Assembly (NCBI GenBank): GCA_963835065.1
Contig: CAWIEK010000008.1
Coordinates: forward strand, 1-64,000
DNA: 64,000 bases
Origin: an uncultured Chthonomonadaceae bacterium
Lineage (GTDB): Bacteria > Armatimonadota > Chthonomonadetes > Chthonomonadales > Chthonomonadaceae
Direction: 5' to 3'
The notes below the pieces were generated by a model. The model made no database searches and had not been told where the DNA came from. It saw only the letters and a list, made by a program, of their open reading frames with translations. Position 1 is the first letter of the stretch. Every line of letters begins with the position of its first letter. Made by a program: the position numbers and the translations under genes. Below, piece by piece: positions 50,944 through 62,067 of the stretch.

Positions 50944-51315
50944 TTACTCCAGCCCCGTTTTAATTTTATTACGGCGTAGAGTGATAGGAGTGAAGCGCGC
51001 ATAGGTGAAGAACAGAACACAAGCGCCTATCTCAACGGCAAGCCAGACAGCCAGCATCAGCAGCACGGTCAACCATCCCCAAAATGCGCCTGCAAGCGCG
51101 AAAACCTGGAAAACGCTCCACACGCACAGGATGATAAACGCCACCAACCCGGCTACAAATGGTATCATACCGCGCATCCGTATCAGCAGCCACGTCCGGC
51201 AATGTGGGCAGCGAATGGTGAATGGCGTCGGCGCTTTGATGCCCGCGCCGATACCAACACGCCTGCCGCAATTGGGGCAGGGTGTAGAAAGTCTGCGGGG
51301 TGGCCTATCGTCCAT
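50944..51315 (-). CDS. Small membrane protein with an N-terminal CxxC..CxxC
   Basis: GGAG RBS; CPNCG...CPHC followed by two TM helices. Confidence 0.65.
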   Translation of the reverse strand: MDDRPPRRLSTPCPNCGRRVGIGAGIKAPTPFTIRCPHCRTWLLIRMRGMIPFVAGLVAFIILCVWSVFQVFALAGAFWGWLTVLLMLAVWLAVEIGACVLFFTYARFTPITLRRNKIKTGLE

Positions 51316-51379
51316 CTTGTCTCCGGGGTGTCTCTTAAATAGTATAGACGTTACATGGGATGCAGGCGTTAGCGTGATT

Positions 51380-51853
51380 TTATTTATGCCCGGTGCTGCC
51401 GAAGCCGCCACTGCCCCGCGCAGTTCCCGGCAGGGTTTCCACTTCCACCACAACAGCGCGGGTTACGGGAGCAATTACCAACTGCGCGATTCGATTGCCG
51501 CGCTCGATAGTAAATGCCGACTGTCCCCAATTCACAAGCAAAACCTGTAAAACACCCCGGTAATCGCTGTCAATGGTTCCGGGCGCATTGAGGACGCCGA
51601 TGCCGTGCTTGACCGCCCAGCCGCTTCGCGCCCGCACCTGCCCCTCATACCCTGCGGGAATTGCAACGCGCAAGCCGGTCGTAATCAAAGCCCGTTCTCC
51701 CGGCGCAAGCGTCACCGGCGCATCCACAGGCAACGCCGCAATCAAATCCAACCCGGCAGCCTGTTCCGTAGCATACGCGGGAAGCGGCAGCCCTTCAGCC
51801 TCCGCTTCCCGAACAAACGTCACCTGCGCCCCACTTGTTTCCATTTGACTCAT
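51380..51853 (-). CDS. dut: dUTP diphosphatase
   Basis: [23 protein letters not shown] and [10 protein letters not shown] motifs. Confidence 0.96.
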   Translation of the reverse strand: MSQMETSGAQVTFVREAEAEGLPLPAYATEQAAGLDLIAALPVDAPVTLAPGERALITTGLRVAIPAGYEGQVRARSGWAVKHGIGVLNAPGTIDSDYRGVLQVLLVNWGQSAFTIERGNRIAQLVIAPVTRAVVVEVETLPGTARGSGGFGSTGHK

Positions 51854-51878
51854 GGTTTTTGAGGGATGTTCCCAGGCA

Positions 51879-52003
51879 AGTTGATAGTTGATAGTTGATA
51901 GTTGATAGTACAATCCGCTGGCGAGTAGTCCAATTCTCAACTCATATCTACGATAAAATGGTGTAGGTAAAGCGCATCTAATCAACTATCAACTATCAAC
52001 TAT
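51879..52003 (-). repeat. Inverted (AGTTGAT)n heptamer arrays with a ~68-bp spacer
   Basis: Arms at 51879-51909 and 51978-52003. Confidence 0.9.
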
Positions 52004-53739
52004 TTACTTTCTTCCGCCACCGGCTGCTTGCGCGGGAAGCGGAACCAGAACGTGGAGCCTTTGCCGTGTCCGTCGCTTTCGGGCATCAGTTTGCCGTGAT
52101 GCCCTTTGGCGATGGCGGTGACGAGGTACAGGCCAATGCCCGTTCCCTGCTTGCCCCGCGCGCTTCGCGCCCGCTCGAACAGCCTGCCGACGCGCTTCAA
52201 TTCGGTTTCCGACAGCCCCAACCCTTGATCCTTGATGCCAACCCGGATCATTTCCGGCTGTTCGTCCGTGGCAGGCTCTATGCGCCCGATTACGCGCACT
52301 TCGCCGCCGTCCGGGGCGTATTTGATGGCGTTGGAAAGCAGGTTGTGCAGCACGTTCTGGAACAAGTCCGGGTCGGTTTCCGCGATGATATGTTCGGGTT
52401 CAAAGTCCACAACAAACTGGTGCTTGTCCGTGCGTCCCTTCTGCATGGTCAGCGCGTCTTCCACCGACTTTTGCAGGTCAACTTCGGCCCAGTTGAATTC
52501 CAGGCCCGCGCCGCGCTCAATGCGGGACACATTGAGCAGGTCGTTGATAAGGCGGCTCAGGCGGTCTACGTTTTCATCAATGATGGTGTAGAACTCGCGC
52601 CGGTCCTCCCGCATGTACCATTCTTCATTCTCATCGTCGAGCAGGGTGCGAATGAAGCCTTTCATGGGCGTGAGCGGGGTGCGCAGTTCGTGCGACACGA
52701 TGGAAACGAATTCCGTTTTCATGCGCTCCACAGCGCGAAGGTCGGTGATGTCGTTGAAAATGACCACGATACCGAACGGCTGATTGTCGTCGTCGCGCAC
52801 ATTGGCGGCGTGAACCTGATAAACGTAGGTGATGCCTTCCTCGTCCGTAACGGTGATTTCATCCGGCTTGCGCGGTTCTTCTTCTTCGTCATCACTTGGC
52901 GGCTTGGGGTTATTCGCTTCGTCAATTTTGCGGTTCAGAATGGCAAGGCACTGCTCATGCTCGATCACATCCGAGAAGGGCTTGTGCAGGGGATCGCTGC
53001 CGTCTTTGACGCCGAACATGGCACGCGCCTGCGCGTTTATCTGGCTGATGCGGCCATGCTGATTAATTAAAATCAGCCCCGCCGTCAGGCTTTCCAGCGT
53101 ATGTACCAGTTTTTGCTTTTCCTGAACCACTTCCTGATACATCTGCGCGTTGGCGATAACCGCAGCCGCGTTGCGCGACAGGCGTTCCAGCAGGCGCACA
53201 TCCTCTTCGATGAACGCGCCGCCATAACGCTTGTTGAAGCAATGCAAAACGCCGATACGCATTTGTTCGACAATATGGTTTTCATCGTCGCGCCGCTCCA
53301 CCACGAGGGGCACGGTCACGCCGTTGCGGATGCGCAGGCCGGGCAGATGCTCCACCAGCGCGCGGGGATCGTCACTCGCGTCCTGCAAGATGGATGCCTT
53401 GCCGGACATAAACACTTCCCCGGAAATGCCCCGTTCCGCTTCGATGCGGTAGGATTTTACTTCCAGATCGGTCATGCCGAAGGCGGGGGCGCGGGCGACA
53501 AGTTCATCGGCTTCCCGGTCGCGCACCATAATCACGCATTTTTCGGCCTGCACGATCATGGCCGTGCGCTGCACAAGCCGGCGCAGGGTGTCTTCAAATT
53601 CGCTGATGGCGCTGGGAAGTTCGCCGGACTCGGCGGCTCCGGCACGGGAGCGCTCCAGAGCGTCTATCTTTTCTTTTTGCTCGGCCAGTTGCCGATGCAG
53701 GCTTTCTATCTCTTTTTTGAGAGTCTCGTTATCTTCCAT
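52000..53739 (-). CDS. Cytoplasmic GAF-PAS histidine kinase (ORF open to 53844)
   Basis: GAF (NK..GG.F..ED..LL), PAS, VSHELRTPL, NLLSNAIKY and GTGIGL motifs. Confidence 0.9.
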   Translation of the reverse strand: MEDNETLKKEIESLHRQLAEQKEKIDALERSRAGAAESGELPSAISEFEDTLRRLVQRTAMIVQAEKCVIMVRDREADELVARAPAFGMTDLEVKSYRIEAERGISGEVFMSGKASILQDASDDPRALVEHLPGLRIRNGVTVPLVVERRDDENHIVEQMRIGVLHCFNKRYGGAFIEEDVRLLERLSRNAAAVIANAQMYQEVVQEKQKLVHTLESLTAGLILINQHGRISQINAQARAMFGVKDGSDPLHKPFSDVIEHEQCLAILNRKIDEANNPKPPSDDEEEEPRKPDEITVTDEEGITYVYQVHAANVRDDDNQPFGIVVIFNDITDLRAVERMKTEFVSIVSHELRTPLTPMKGFIRTLLDDENEEWYMREDRREFYTIIDENVDRLSRLINDLLNVSRIERGAGLEFNWAEVDLQKSVEDALTMQKGRTDKHQFVVDFEPEHIIAETDPDLFQNVLHNLLSNAIKYAPDGGEVRVIGRIEPATDEQPEMIRVGIKDQGLGLSETELKRVGRLFERARSARGKQGTGIGLYLVTAIAKGHHGKLMPESDGHGKGSTFWFRFPRKQPVAEESK

Positions 53740-54020
53740 AATGCTTAGTGCCACCTGCCCCATTCCCTTCTGCCGCGCGACAAACTCAAGGCGTGTCCCG
53801 GAACCGCTTGCTGCATTATAACATAACCCCTTCCCAAGCGTCAACCAGGCAAGTTTTCCGACATCAAGCCGATACAGGACGGCCTGAAACGAGGTACAAT
53901 TTTATATCGCTGCCGGACTACAATCTTGAAACGTACTGAACACTACGCAACGCAAAGTGAAAACATTGCTTTGCGCTTTCTGGGTGGCAGAGGCCGGGTA
54001 CCGACACGAGCGTTCCGAGT

Positions 54021-54126
54021 GTTGAAAACACCCGGCAGGAAAGAGCAAGCGTCTTCCAGACGCAACTTCCAGAAAGCATGGGCGCGTCTGAAAGACGCTT
54101 GCTTTGTCCAGACAGGGGTTTTCAAC
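54021..54126. repeat. Long imperfect palindrome of the TTGAAAA..CCC..AAGCGTC..GACGC family
   Basis: Left arm 54021-54063 pairs with 54084-54126. Confidence 0.8.
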
Positions 54127-54198
54127 CCCTGCCAACCACACGGGCGCTATTTCACAGTAGGCGTTAAAAACCCGAAACGAAGGAGATTGCGCGGATTT

Positions 54199-55170
54199 AT
54201 GACGGCAACGAATGACCATAGCGGCTGTACGCATACTGGCGAACATACCCACCATAGCGGCTGTACGCACCACAGCGCGGCAGGCATGAGCGAGAACAAA
54301 CTGCGCCTGTCCCTGACGCTGACGCTGGCGTTCGTGTGCCTGGAAGCGCTTGCCGGCTGGCGGTCGGGCAGTCTCGCCCTGCTTTCCGACGCGGGGCATA
54401 ACTTCACGGACGCGCTGGCGCTCGGCCTGTCGTGGTACGCCATCTGGATCGCGCGCAAGCCCGCCACGTCTACGCGCACGTTCGGCTACCATCGCGTCGG
54501 CATTTTAACCGCCCTGTTCAACGCGCTGACGCTGATCGTGATTGCGGCCTTCATTTTCTTTGAGGCGTGGCAGTTGTTCGCGCATCCCCACGCGGTCAGC
54601 AGCAAGCCCATGATGCTGATCGCCGCCCTTGCCTTTGTCCTGAACACGTCTATCGCGCTCGGACTGCGGGGCGAAGCGGCGCACAGCGTGAATGTGCGCG
54701 GCGCGTTTATCCACATGGCGGGCGACGCGCTTTCTTCCCTCGGCGTTCTGGCGGCGGGAGCGGTCATTTATTTCACGGGCTGGACGCTGGCGGACCCGCT
54801 CGTTTCCGTTCTCATTGGCGGATTTATCATTTACTCGTCGTGGGGCATCGTGCGGGAAACCGTCAACGTGCTGCTGGAAGGAACGCCGTCCGGCCTGAAC
54901 CTGAACGCGCTGGCGCAATCCGTGCGCGCCACTCCCGGCGTCGTGGACTTGCACGATCTGCACGTCTGGACGGTGGGTGACGGCATGAACGCGCTTTCCT
55001 GCCACCTGCGCGTCCGGGAGCCGGAAACGGCGCAGGCCGCGCAGGTTGTGCAGTCCGTGAAAACCCTGCTCGCCGCGGAATACAACGTGCAGCACTCCAC
55101 GATTGAAACCGAGTGCGGCGAAGGATGCCACTGCCCGGAATTGTTTTGCCGGCAAGTGGTCAGCAGTTAG
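54199..55170 (+). CDS. czcD: Cation diffusion facilitator (Zn/Co/Cd efflux)
   Basis: His/Cys-rich N-terminus; SLALLSDAGHNFTD, TFGYHR, HMAGD and HDLHVW motifs. Confidence 0.9.
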   Translation: MTATNDHSGCTHTGEHTHHSGCTHHSAAGMSENKLRLSLTLTLAFVCLEALAGWRSGSLALLSDAGHNFTDALALGLSWYAIWIARKPATSTRTFGYHRVGILTALFNALTLIVIAAFIFFEAWQLFAHPHAVSSKPMMLIAALAFVLNTSIALGLRGEAAHSVNVRGAFIHMAGDALSSLGVLAAGAVIYFTGWTLADPLVSVLIGGFIIYSSWGIVRETVNVLLEGTPSGLNLNALAQSVRATPGVVDLHDLHVWTVGDGMNALSCHLRVREPETAQAAQVVQSVKTLLAAEYNVQHSTIETECGEGCHCPELFCRQVVSS

Positions 55171-55184
55171 GGGAGGAGTTTTTC

Positions 55185-56345
55185 ATGCTTGTTCCTGCTC
55201 TACGGGCTTTCATTTTACTGTTTCTATTCAACCTTCCTGCTTCCTCAGTAACACGGACGCAAACTTCGTCAAAAACAGTCATGAAAGGACAGCGCGTGAC
55301 ACACACGGCTTCGGAACGGCGCGGACGCGCTTTTCTCGGTTTCAAGGATTTTGCCTCGTTTGACCGGCAGGCGAACCCGGACGCGCATACCGCCGTTCTC
55401 ACGTCGCCGCCCCTGCCCATAGATATTGCCGCCAATGAAGTCGTGCTTTCGTGGAACGCAGACGCGCCGATTGGCACGGGTATCAAAGTGGAAGCCCGCG
55501 CGTTTCACGGCGAGCAGGCGACGAAATACTACGTTTTGGGGCTGTGGTCGAAAGATGGAAACGGTTTTCCCCGCGAAAGCGTGAACCACCAGAAGGATGA
55601 AAACGGCGATGTGCAAACCGATACGCTGGTTTTGAACAAACCCGCCACGAGCCTGCAATTGCGCGTCACCTTAGAAGGCAAAGCGGGAACGGAATTGCCC
55701 AAATTGAAGTTTTTGGGCGTGTGTTTGGCAGATACGCATACGCCGCTCACGCCTTTAGAGCCGAACCATGCCGTGTGGGGCAAGGAAATCGTGGTTCCCG
55801 GCAAAACGCAATTGGGCTATCCGGGCGGAAGCGGCTGGTGCAGCCCGACAAGCACCTCCATGACCCTCGCGTTCTGGGCCAAATCGCTGCACCGGCCCGA
55901 ACTTGATATTTCCGTTCCCGATACCGCTCACGCCATCTACGACAAGGTGTACGGCGGAACCGGCAACTGGCCGTTCAATACCGCGTTCGCCGGTTCGTTC
56001 CCCGGCATCCGCGCTTATGTCACGCGCCTGTCCGACATCCGCGAACTGGAAGACTGGGTTGCGATTGGCATCCCGCCGATTGTGTCCGTGTCCTACGACC
56101 TGCTCAAAGGCAAGCCCAATGACAACGATCCCGGCCATTTGATGGTCTGCGACGGGTTTACCAAAGACGGCGACATTGTGCTGAACGACCCGGCCCACCA
56201 TCCCGAACGGGGCGAAGCCTGCCGTCGCGTCTTTCCCCGCGCCAACTTCCTGCGCGCGTGGAACCGTTCCAAGTATTTGATTTACCTCATCTACCCGGAA
56301 GGCAGCAAACTCCCCGCCGACGCTTACGGCCATTGGGAACGGTAG
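55185..56345 (+). CDS. Secreted peptidase C39-like protein
   Basis: WCSPTSTSM, GTGNWPFN, GHLMV..GF and NDPA motifs. Confidence 0.85.
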   Translation: MLVPALRAFILLFLFNLPASSVTRTQTSSKTVMKGQRVTHTASERRGRAFLGFKDFASFDRQANPDAHTAVLTSPPLPIDIAANEVVLSWNADAPIGTGIKVEARAFHGEQATKYYVLGLWSKDGNGFPRESVNHQKDENGDVQTDTLVLNKPATSLQLRVTLEGKAGTELPKLKFLGVCLADTHTPLTPLEPNHAVWGKEIVVPGKTQLGYPGGSGWCSPTSTSMTLAFWAKSLHRPELDISVPDTAHAIYDKVYGGTGNWPFNTAFAGSFPGIRAYVTRLSDIRELEDWVAIGIPPIVSVSYDLLKGKPNDNDPGHLMVCDGFTKDGDIVLNDPAHHPERGEACRRVFPRANFLRAWNRSKYLIYLIYPEGSKLPADAYGHWER

Positions 56346-56380
56346 GGAGAAGTTGAGGGTTGAGGGTTGAGAGTTAAGGC

Positions 56381-57430
56381 ATGAACAAATCACGCTTTCT
56401 GTTCCCGGTTCTTATCTTCTGCGGCCTGATGTTCGGCTGTGCGTCTAACATCTGCGGTTCTTCGCCGCGAACGGTCGGGGACAAGCCTGTCTCGGCAATC
56501 TCCACCCGCTTTCCAGCGGATACCTTTCTCATCGCGCGTCAGCCGAAGAGCGGGACATTGTTGTGGGCGACTACGCAGAAACTCCATAATACGCGCACCG
56601 GAGCTGAGTTTACCTTTCCCAATGGCGGCTGCGCCTGTAAACAGATGGCGTGGTCAGCAGACCAGAAGCGTCTGCTTGTCGTGGGAGAGACAGATGCTTA
56701 TGTTTTGGAAGCAGATTCCTTACGTTTTGTGCATCACCTCAATAATTCAGTGGCTTGGTGGCAAGGTTCTCATTACGCTTACATAGATTACACGATGGAT
56801 GCGCCTCGTATAGTCTCTTCGGCAAACAAACCCATCGCCGTGCTGCGGAACATAGAAGGAATATATGCTGCCGATCCTCAAAACGGGTACTTGCTGTGTG
56901 GCACATTGCTGCCGCGTGAACTCAACCATGCAGAACGGGGTCCTGCCTACTTGCTTCAGATATGCAAGTTGACCTCACGAGACAGGTTGCGTCGGATACG
57001 CACTCTCGGCAGAACTTATTTCGATCCCGGCAGCAGTGGCGTACCGGGAAGGTTCGGCATGGGAAAAGATCAAAGAGTTGTCTTCAACTATCCGCATGGA
57101 GGAGAAGCCTTATACACCCTTCAAATGGCTGAAGGGCAACAGATAAGATCGCTTTTTATGAGGAATGGCGAAGACAGCCTCGAAAGTATTCAAGGTCCCT
57201 TTGTGGGAGAGAACACGCTTTTCGGCATCGTAGGATTGGCGGCAGTGAGTGGTTCGCCATGCAGAGAACAATATCTTTATCGGATTTCCGGCAAGAAAAC
57301 TACCTTGCAGAAGATCGGATTGGATGTAGCCTTCGCGTATTACGATCCGATTCGGCATGCGATTGGCTTGGGTTATAAATCGAAGACCGGTGTTCTTGTG
57401 CGTTATGTGTCGGAATTGCTTACCCAATGA
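56381..57430 (+). CDS. Hypothetical lipoprotein-like protein
   Basis: 349-aa ORF, MFGC lipobox, more AT-rich than its neighbours. Confidence 0.65.
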   Translation: MNKSRFLFPVLIFCGLMFGCASNICGSSPRTVGDKPVSAISTRFPADTFLIARQPKSGTLLWATTQKLHNTRTGAEFTFPNGGCACKQMAWSADQKRLLVVGETDAYVLEADSLRFVHHLNNSVAWWQGSHYAYIDYTMDAPRIVSSANKPIAVLRNIEGIYAADPQNGYLLCGTLLPRELNHAERGPAYLLQICKLTSRDRLRRIRTLGRTYFDPGSSGVPGRFGMGKDQRVVFNYPHGGEALYTLQMAEGQQIRSLFMRNGEDSLESIQGPFVGENTLFGIVGLAAVSGSPCREQYLYRISGKKTTLQKIGLDVAFAYYDPIRHAIGLGYKSKTGVLVRYVSELLTQ

Positions 57431-58760
57431 TTTCCAGTACAAGAGATTGCGCTGCGGAAGAATGGTTTACATTGGCATCGGCGGTTAATGTGTAAGCGGA
57501 ACGCAGCGTTTGCGCCCATTCCTCTACGCGCCCGTTGTCAGCCGCGCGAACGTGCAGGGTTGCCAGCGTTATTCCTGATGTGACGGCATCACTTGTTTTG
57601 GCGTGAAGCACAAGGCCGACTGCCGGATCAATGGCGTCGGTTTTGGCCTGCCGTCCCGCGCCCATTTCTACCGACAGCCGCCCGATGATTTCCGCATCCA
57701 GGCCGATAACCACGCCGCTTTGATCGGTTTGTACTTGCTGCTGAATCAGCCCGACGGGCAGCGATGCTAAAATGGCTTCCGGCGTATTCGGCCCGCCCTG
57801 CGCCGCGGCGATTTCCGCAAACTTTGCCGCCGCCTGTCCGTATGCCAGTGCCTTCCTTACCTGAACAAGCGCCTCTGTCTCATCGGTTTCTTTTCCCGCC
57901 GCCAGCAATCCATGTACGGCAAGATCAATGCAAAGCCGCTCAAACCGGGGTTCGCCCTGTCCCTTTATCAGCAGTTCCAGCGCTTCGCGGACTTCCAGCG
58001 CGTTGCCCACCGCGCGTCCAAGCGGTTCGTCCATGAGCGTCAGCACGGCTGAGGTCGGAACGCCCGCGCCATTGCCGATGCGAACTAATGTTTGCGCCAG
58101 TTCGCGCGCCTGCGCCAATGTCTTCATAAACGCCCCGCGCCCAACTTTTACGTCCAGCACCAATCGCTGCCCGCCCGACGCAAGTTTTTTGCTCATAATG
58201 CTGCTTGCAATCAGGGGAATGCTTTCTACCGTTGCGGTCACGTCCCGCAGCCCGTACAGAATTTTATCCGCAGGCGCAAGCGAAGGCGTTTGTCCAATCA
58301 AGGCCGCGCCGATTCGCCGCGCCTGCGCTTTGGCTTCCTCTACCGTCAAGTCCGCGCGAAATCCGGGGATAGCCTCCAATTTGTCTACCGTGCCGCCCGA
58401 AAAGCCCAGCCCCCGCCCGCTCATTTTCAGCATCGGTACGCCCAACGCCGCAAGAATGGGAACAACAACCAGCGTGGTTTTATCGCCAACCCCGCCCGTG
58501 CTGTGCTTGTCCAGCGCGGGGCCATTCGGCAAATCCGACAGATCAATACATTCGCCCGAATCGCGCATGGCAAGCGTTAAATCCAATGTTTCCCGCTCGC
58601 TCATGCCGCGCAGAAACACCGCCATCAGCCACGCGCTGACCTGATAATCCGGCAAACTTCCGTCCGTCACGCCCGCAATCACAAACGCAATCTCTTCCCG
58701 GCTAAGTTCGCCGCCATCCCGCTTTTTCGCGATAACATCCGTAATTCGCATTTGGTTCAT
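57420..58760 (-). CDS. pdp: Pyrimidine-nucleoside (thymidine) phosphorylase
   Basis: DKHSTGGVGDK, KMSGRGLG..GGT.DKLE, LRDVTATV and SIMSKK motifs. Confidence 0.95.
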   Translation of the reverse strand: MNQMRITDVIAKKRDGGELSREEIAFVIAGVTDGSLPDYQVSAWLMAVFLRGMSERETLDLTLAMRDSGECIDLSDLPNGPALDKHSTGGVGDKTTLVVVPILAALGVPMLKMSGRGLGFSGGTVDKLEAIPGFRADLTVEEAKAQARRIGAALIGQTPSLAPADKILYGLRDVTATVESIPLIASSIMSKKLASGGQRLVLDVKVGRGAFMKTLAQARELAQTLVRIGNGAGVPTSAVLTLMDEPLGRAVGNALEVREALELLIKGQGEPRFERLCIDLAVHGLLAAGKETDETEALVQVRKALAYGQAAAKFAEIAAAQGGPNTPEAILASLPVGLIQQQVQTDQSGVVIGLDAEIIGRLSVEMGAGRQAKTDAIDPAVGLVLHAKTSDAVTSGITLATLHVRAADNGRVEEWAQTLRSAYTLTADANVNHSSAAQSLVLEIIG

Positions 58761-58770
58761 AACCAGGTTT

Positions 58771-59706
58771 TCACAGGCGCGTTTTGAAGTAGGCGATGGT
58801 GCGGGTCAAGCCTTCTTCCAGCGTCACTTTCGGCTCCCAATTCAGCAACGCTTTGGCTTTGGTAATGTCGGGGCGGCGCTGGCGCGGGTCGTCGGCGGTT
58901 TTCAGTTCCTCATAAACGATTTCGCTGGAACTGTTGGTCAAGGCTTTGATTTCGCGGGCGAATTCAAGCATCGTCCGTTCGGTCGGGTTGCCGATGTTGA
59001 TTGGCCCCGATTGCTCGGAATTGACCAGCCGCCAAAAGCCGTCTATGAGATCGCTGACATAGCAGAACGAGCGGGTTTGCGTACCGGTTCCATACACCGT
59101 TATCGGGTCGCCGCGCAGGGCTTGCCCGATGAAATTGGGAACCACGCGCCCATCATTCAGCCGCATGCGTTCGCCATAAGAGTTGAAGATGCGAACAATT
59201 TTGGTGTCCACGCCGTAAAAGCGCCGGTACGTCATGGTCATGGCTTCGCCGTAGCGCTTGGACTCGTCGTACACGCTGCGTATGCCGATGGGATTGACGT
59301 TGCCCCAATACTCTTCGGGCTGTGGGTGTATGAGCGGGTCGCCGTATACTTCCGATGTAGACGCGAAGAAGAACCGCGCCCCGGTTGCCTGCGCCACATC
59401 CAGCGCGCGCTCCGTGCCCCACGCATTGACCTTCATAATCTCTTTGGGCCGGGTCGGGAAGTCTACCGGGCTGGCAGGCGAAGCCAGATGAAACACGTAC
59501 CCCAAACTGCCGTCAATTTCAATCGGCTCGATAACATCGTGCTGCGTAAACGTAAAATGCGGGTTGCCTTCCAGATGCCGGAGGTTGTCGAGGCTTCCGG
59601 TCACGAGATTGTCCATCGCAATCACGTCCAGCCCTTCGGCAAGCAGGCGATCACACAAATGTGAACCAAGAAAACCGGCTCCTCCGGTAACAAGCGCGCG
59701 CGTCAT
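58771..59706 (-). CDS. UDP-glucuronic acid decarboxylase-family SDR
   Basis: [42 protein letters not shown] and [10 protein letters not shown] motifs. Confidence 0.9.
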   Translation of the reverse strand: MTRALVTGGAGFLGSHLCDRLLAEGLDVIAMDNLVTGSLDNLRHLEGNPHFTFTQHDVIEPIEIDGSLGYVFHLASPASPVDFPTRPKEIMKVNAWGTERALDVAQATGARFFFASTSEVYGDPLIHPQPEEYWGNVNPIGIRSVYDESKRYGEAMTMTYRRFYGVDTKIVRIFNSYGERMRLNDGRVVPNFIGQALRGDPITVYGTGTQTRSFCYVSDLIDGFWRLVNSEQSGPINIGNPTERTMLEFAREIKALTNSSSEIVYEELKTADDPRQRRPDITKAKALLNWEPKVTLEEGLTRTIAYFKTRL

Positions 59707-59912
59707 GCAGGGTTCCTTTCCAGCGTCGGTTGCTCCACTCCGCTCTTGACAGTCGCGGCGCTGCGGGCAAACAGAGTTTTCGATTATAGCAAACATTCCT
59801 GCGCAGCGTCAACCTTCCACTATCAGGCCACGCTCGCGCAAAGGATAGGTACGTTTATTATGCGTACCCGGCGTGTGTTTCTTCATGTGACCGCGAACCG
59901 CGTGGATAGTTT

Positions 59913-59942
59913 TTGACCGTCCGGGGCGCGGTATGCTATAAT
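59913..59942 (+). promoter_or_regulatory. Sigma70 promoter for yebC
   Basis: TTGACC-N18-TATAAT with an extended -10 TG. Confidence 0.65.
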
Positions 59943-60059
59943 ACGCTAGGTTAATCATCAGGTTCGAGACGATTTTGATTGTGTTGCGTCGCCATTGCCA
60001 TTGCAGTTGCCCTGCAATACACAGTTTATGCGGAATCGTCGAGAAAGGAGCGCCCGTCC

Positions 60060-60809
60060 ATGTCTGGACATTCCAAATGGCATAACATTCGCCTGCGCAA
60101 GGGAGCGCAGGACGCCAAACGCGGCAACCTGTTCACCAAACTCGCCAAAGAAATCATCATGGCCGCCAAAAGCGGCGGTGGCAACCCCGATAACAACCTG
60201 CGCCTGCGCCTCGCCATCCAAAAGGCGCGCGAAAACTCCATGCCGCAGGACAACATCAAGCGCAGCATCCAGCGCGGCACGGGCGAAGTGGAAGGCGCGG
60301 TTTTTGAAGAAGCTGTTTATGAGGGCTATGGGCCGGGCGGCGTGGCCGTGCTTGTGGATGTGGCGACCGACAACAAAAACCGCACCGTCGCCAACATTCG
60401 CAACATTTTTAATAAGAATGGCGGGCGCATGGGCGAGTCGGGATCGGTTTCGTACCGCTTCCGTCCTATCGGCATCATCACCGTTGCCCGCGCCGCCGCC
60501 GAAGAGGAAGCCGTTTTCAATGCCGCCATCGAAGCAGGCGCGGAAGACGTGCGCGCTGATGAAGACAACTACGAGGTTATCACGCAACCCGAAGATTTCG
60601 GGGCCGTGCGGCAGGCGATTGAAGCCGCCAATATCCCGATTGCCAATGCCGAGTACACGATGGAGCCGACGGACACGGTTCAGCTTGACAGCAAGGACGC
60701 CGCGTTGCTGTTGCGCCTGATGGACCGGTTGGAAGACGATGAGGACGTGCAAAACGTCCACGCCAACTTCGACATTCCCGAAGACGTGCTGGAAGAAGCA
60801 AGCGCATAA
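60060..60809 (+). CDS. yebC: YebC/PmpR-family protein
   Basis: MSGHSKW, YEGYGPGG, TDNKNRT and DVQNVHAN motifs. Confidence 0.96.
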   Translation: MSGHSKWHNIRLRKGAQDAKRGNLFTKLAKEIIMAAKSGGGNPDNNLRLRLAIQKARENSMPQDNIKRSIQRGTGEVEGAVFEEAVYEGYGPGGVAVLVDVATDNKNRTVANIRNIFNKNGGRMGESGSVSYRFRPIGIITVARAAAEEEAVFNAAIEAGAEDVRADEDNYEVITQPEDFGAVRQAIEAANIPIANAEYTMEPTDTVQLDSKDAALLLRLMDRLEDDEDVQNVHANFDIPEDVLEEASA

Positions 60810-60812
60810 TTA

Positions 60813-60954
60813 TTCACCACCAAGACACCAAGAACACCAAGTAAAGCAGGCAATAGGAACGGATTCAGAACGCGCAAATCTTTCAATATCTGCTGCAATT
60901 TTATAACGTCATTTTTCTCGTTCTTCTTGGTGTTCTTGGCGTCTTGGTGGTGAA
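60813..60954. repeat. Nonamer-type palindromic element, copy 3
   Basis: 29-bp IR 60813-60841 / 60926-60954 with one mismatch. Confidence 0.92.
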
Positions 60955-61056
60955 GAGTTACCCCTGCGCGTTGATTCTCGTGTCTTTTGCGGCTTGTTTC
61001 CTTCCTGCTGTGCGCAGATAACGCAATCGCGCTTCTATTTGTTTTTCGCGGAGTTG

Positions 61057-62049
61057 TCACCGCCGTATGTTGGTGGAAGCGCGGGAGCGGGCGGCTTCGA
61101 TTTCCTGGCGCGTGGAAAGCAGCAGATCACCCGGCATGGTATGTTTCAGCGCGGCCATGGCAACCCCGTATTCCAGTCCGGCGTGAAGATCGTTTTGCAG
61201 GTATCCCAAAATCACGCCCGCGTTGAACGCATCCCCGGCTCCGACCCGATCCACCACCTGCCCTAATGTATGCGGCGACGCGGCCCAATCTCCCTGATCG
61301 TCACACGCCAGCGCGCCGCCGCCGCCCAATGTTACCACAACCGTTTTCAAGCCATAACGCGCTTTCAGTTCCCGCGCCACCTCCGCGCCCTCCCCTCGAA
61401 TATCAAACAGCAGTTCCACGTCGGCAAGCGGCGTCAGAAGCAAGTCAATCTGCGGCAGCAAGGGTTCCAAAATGCGCTTTGCCTGCTCCGCGCTCCACAA
61501 CTTGGCGCGGTAGTTGATGTCAAAGGAGATATGGGTATTCGCCTGTTTCGCCACTCGCATCGCGTGAGCAACGGCTTCCGCGCAGGACGGAGAAAGCGCG
61601 GGCGTAATGCCGGACAGGTGCAGCAGGCGGGCGCGGGCAATGCGATCCGTATTTACATCGTCAGGCGCAAGCGTACTGGCAGACGAGTCAGCGCGGTCAT
61701 AATACACGTCTATGCCACGCGGCGGCAGTCCGAAATCCAGAAAGTAGGTTCCGGCCCGCGCGGTTGAGGAACTGTCCCAAACCACATCGGAGGTATCCAC
61801 GCCCCACCGCCGAATTTCGTTCTCGATTCGCCGCCCCAACGGATTGGCAGGCAGCTTGCTCCACCACGCCGCGCGCAATCCCAGCCGCGCCAGCGCCACA
61901 GCGGTATTCGACTCCGACCCGCCGACCCTAACGTCCAGCGAAACCGCTTCCTCCAATCGGCTGAACCCCGGCGCGCTCAACCGCAGCATCGTTTCCCCAA
62001 ATGTGATTACATCGAGGTCGTGTCCTATTTGCTGTTGTTCATTCGTCAA
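61057..62049 (-). CDS. kdgK: PfkB-family sugar kinase (2-keto-3-deoxygluconate kinase-like)
   Basis: FGETMLRL, GGSESN, HLSGIT, FDINYR and VDRVGAGDAF motifs. Confidence 0.85.
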   Translation of the reverse strand: MTNEQQQIGHDLDVITFGETMLRLSAPGFSRLEEAVSLDVRVGGSESNTAVALARLGLRAAWWSKLPANPLGRRIENEIRRWGVDTSDVVWDSSSTARAGTYFLDFGLPPRGIDVYYDRADSSASTLAPDDVNTDRIARARLLHLSGITPALSPSCAEAVAHAMRVAKQANTHISFDINYRAKLWSAEQAKRILEPLLPQIDLLLTPLADVELLFDIRGEGAEVARELKARYGLKTVVVTLGGGGALACDDQGDWAASPHTLGQVVDRVGAGDAFNAGVILGYLQNDLHAGLEYGVAMAALKHTMPGDLLLSTRQEIEAARSRASTNIRR

Positions 62050-62067
62050 TGCGTTTCTCCGCTCTTG

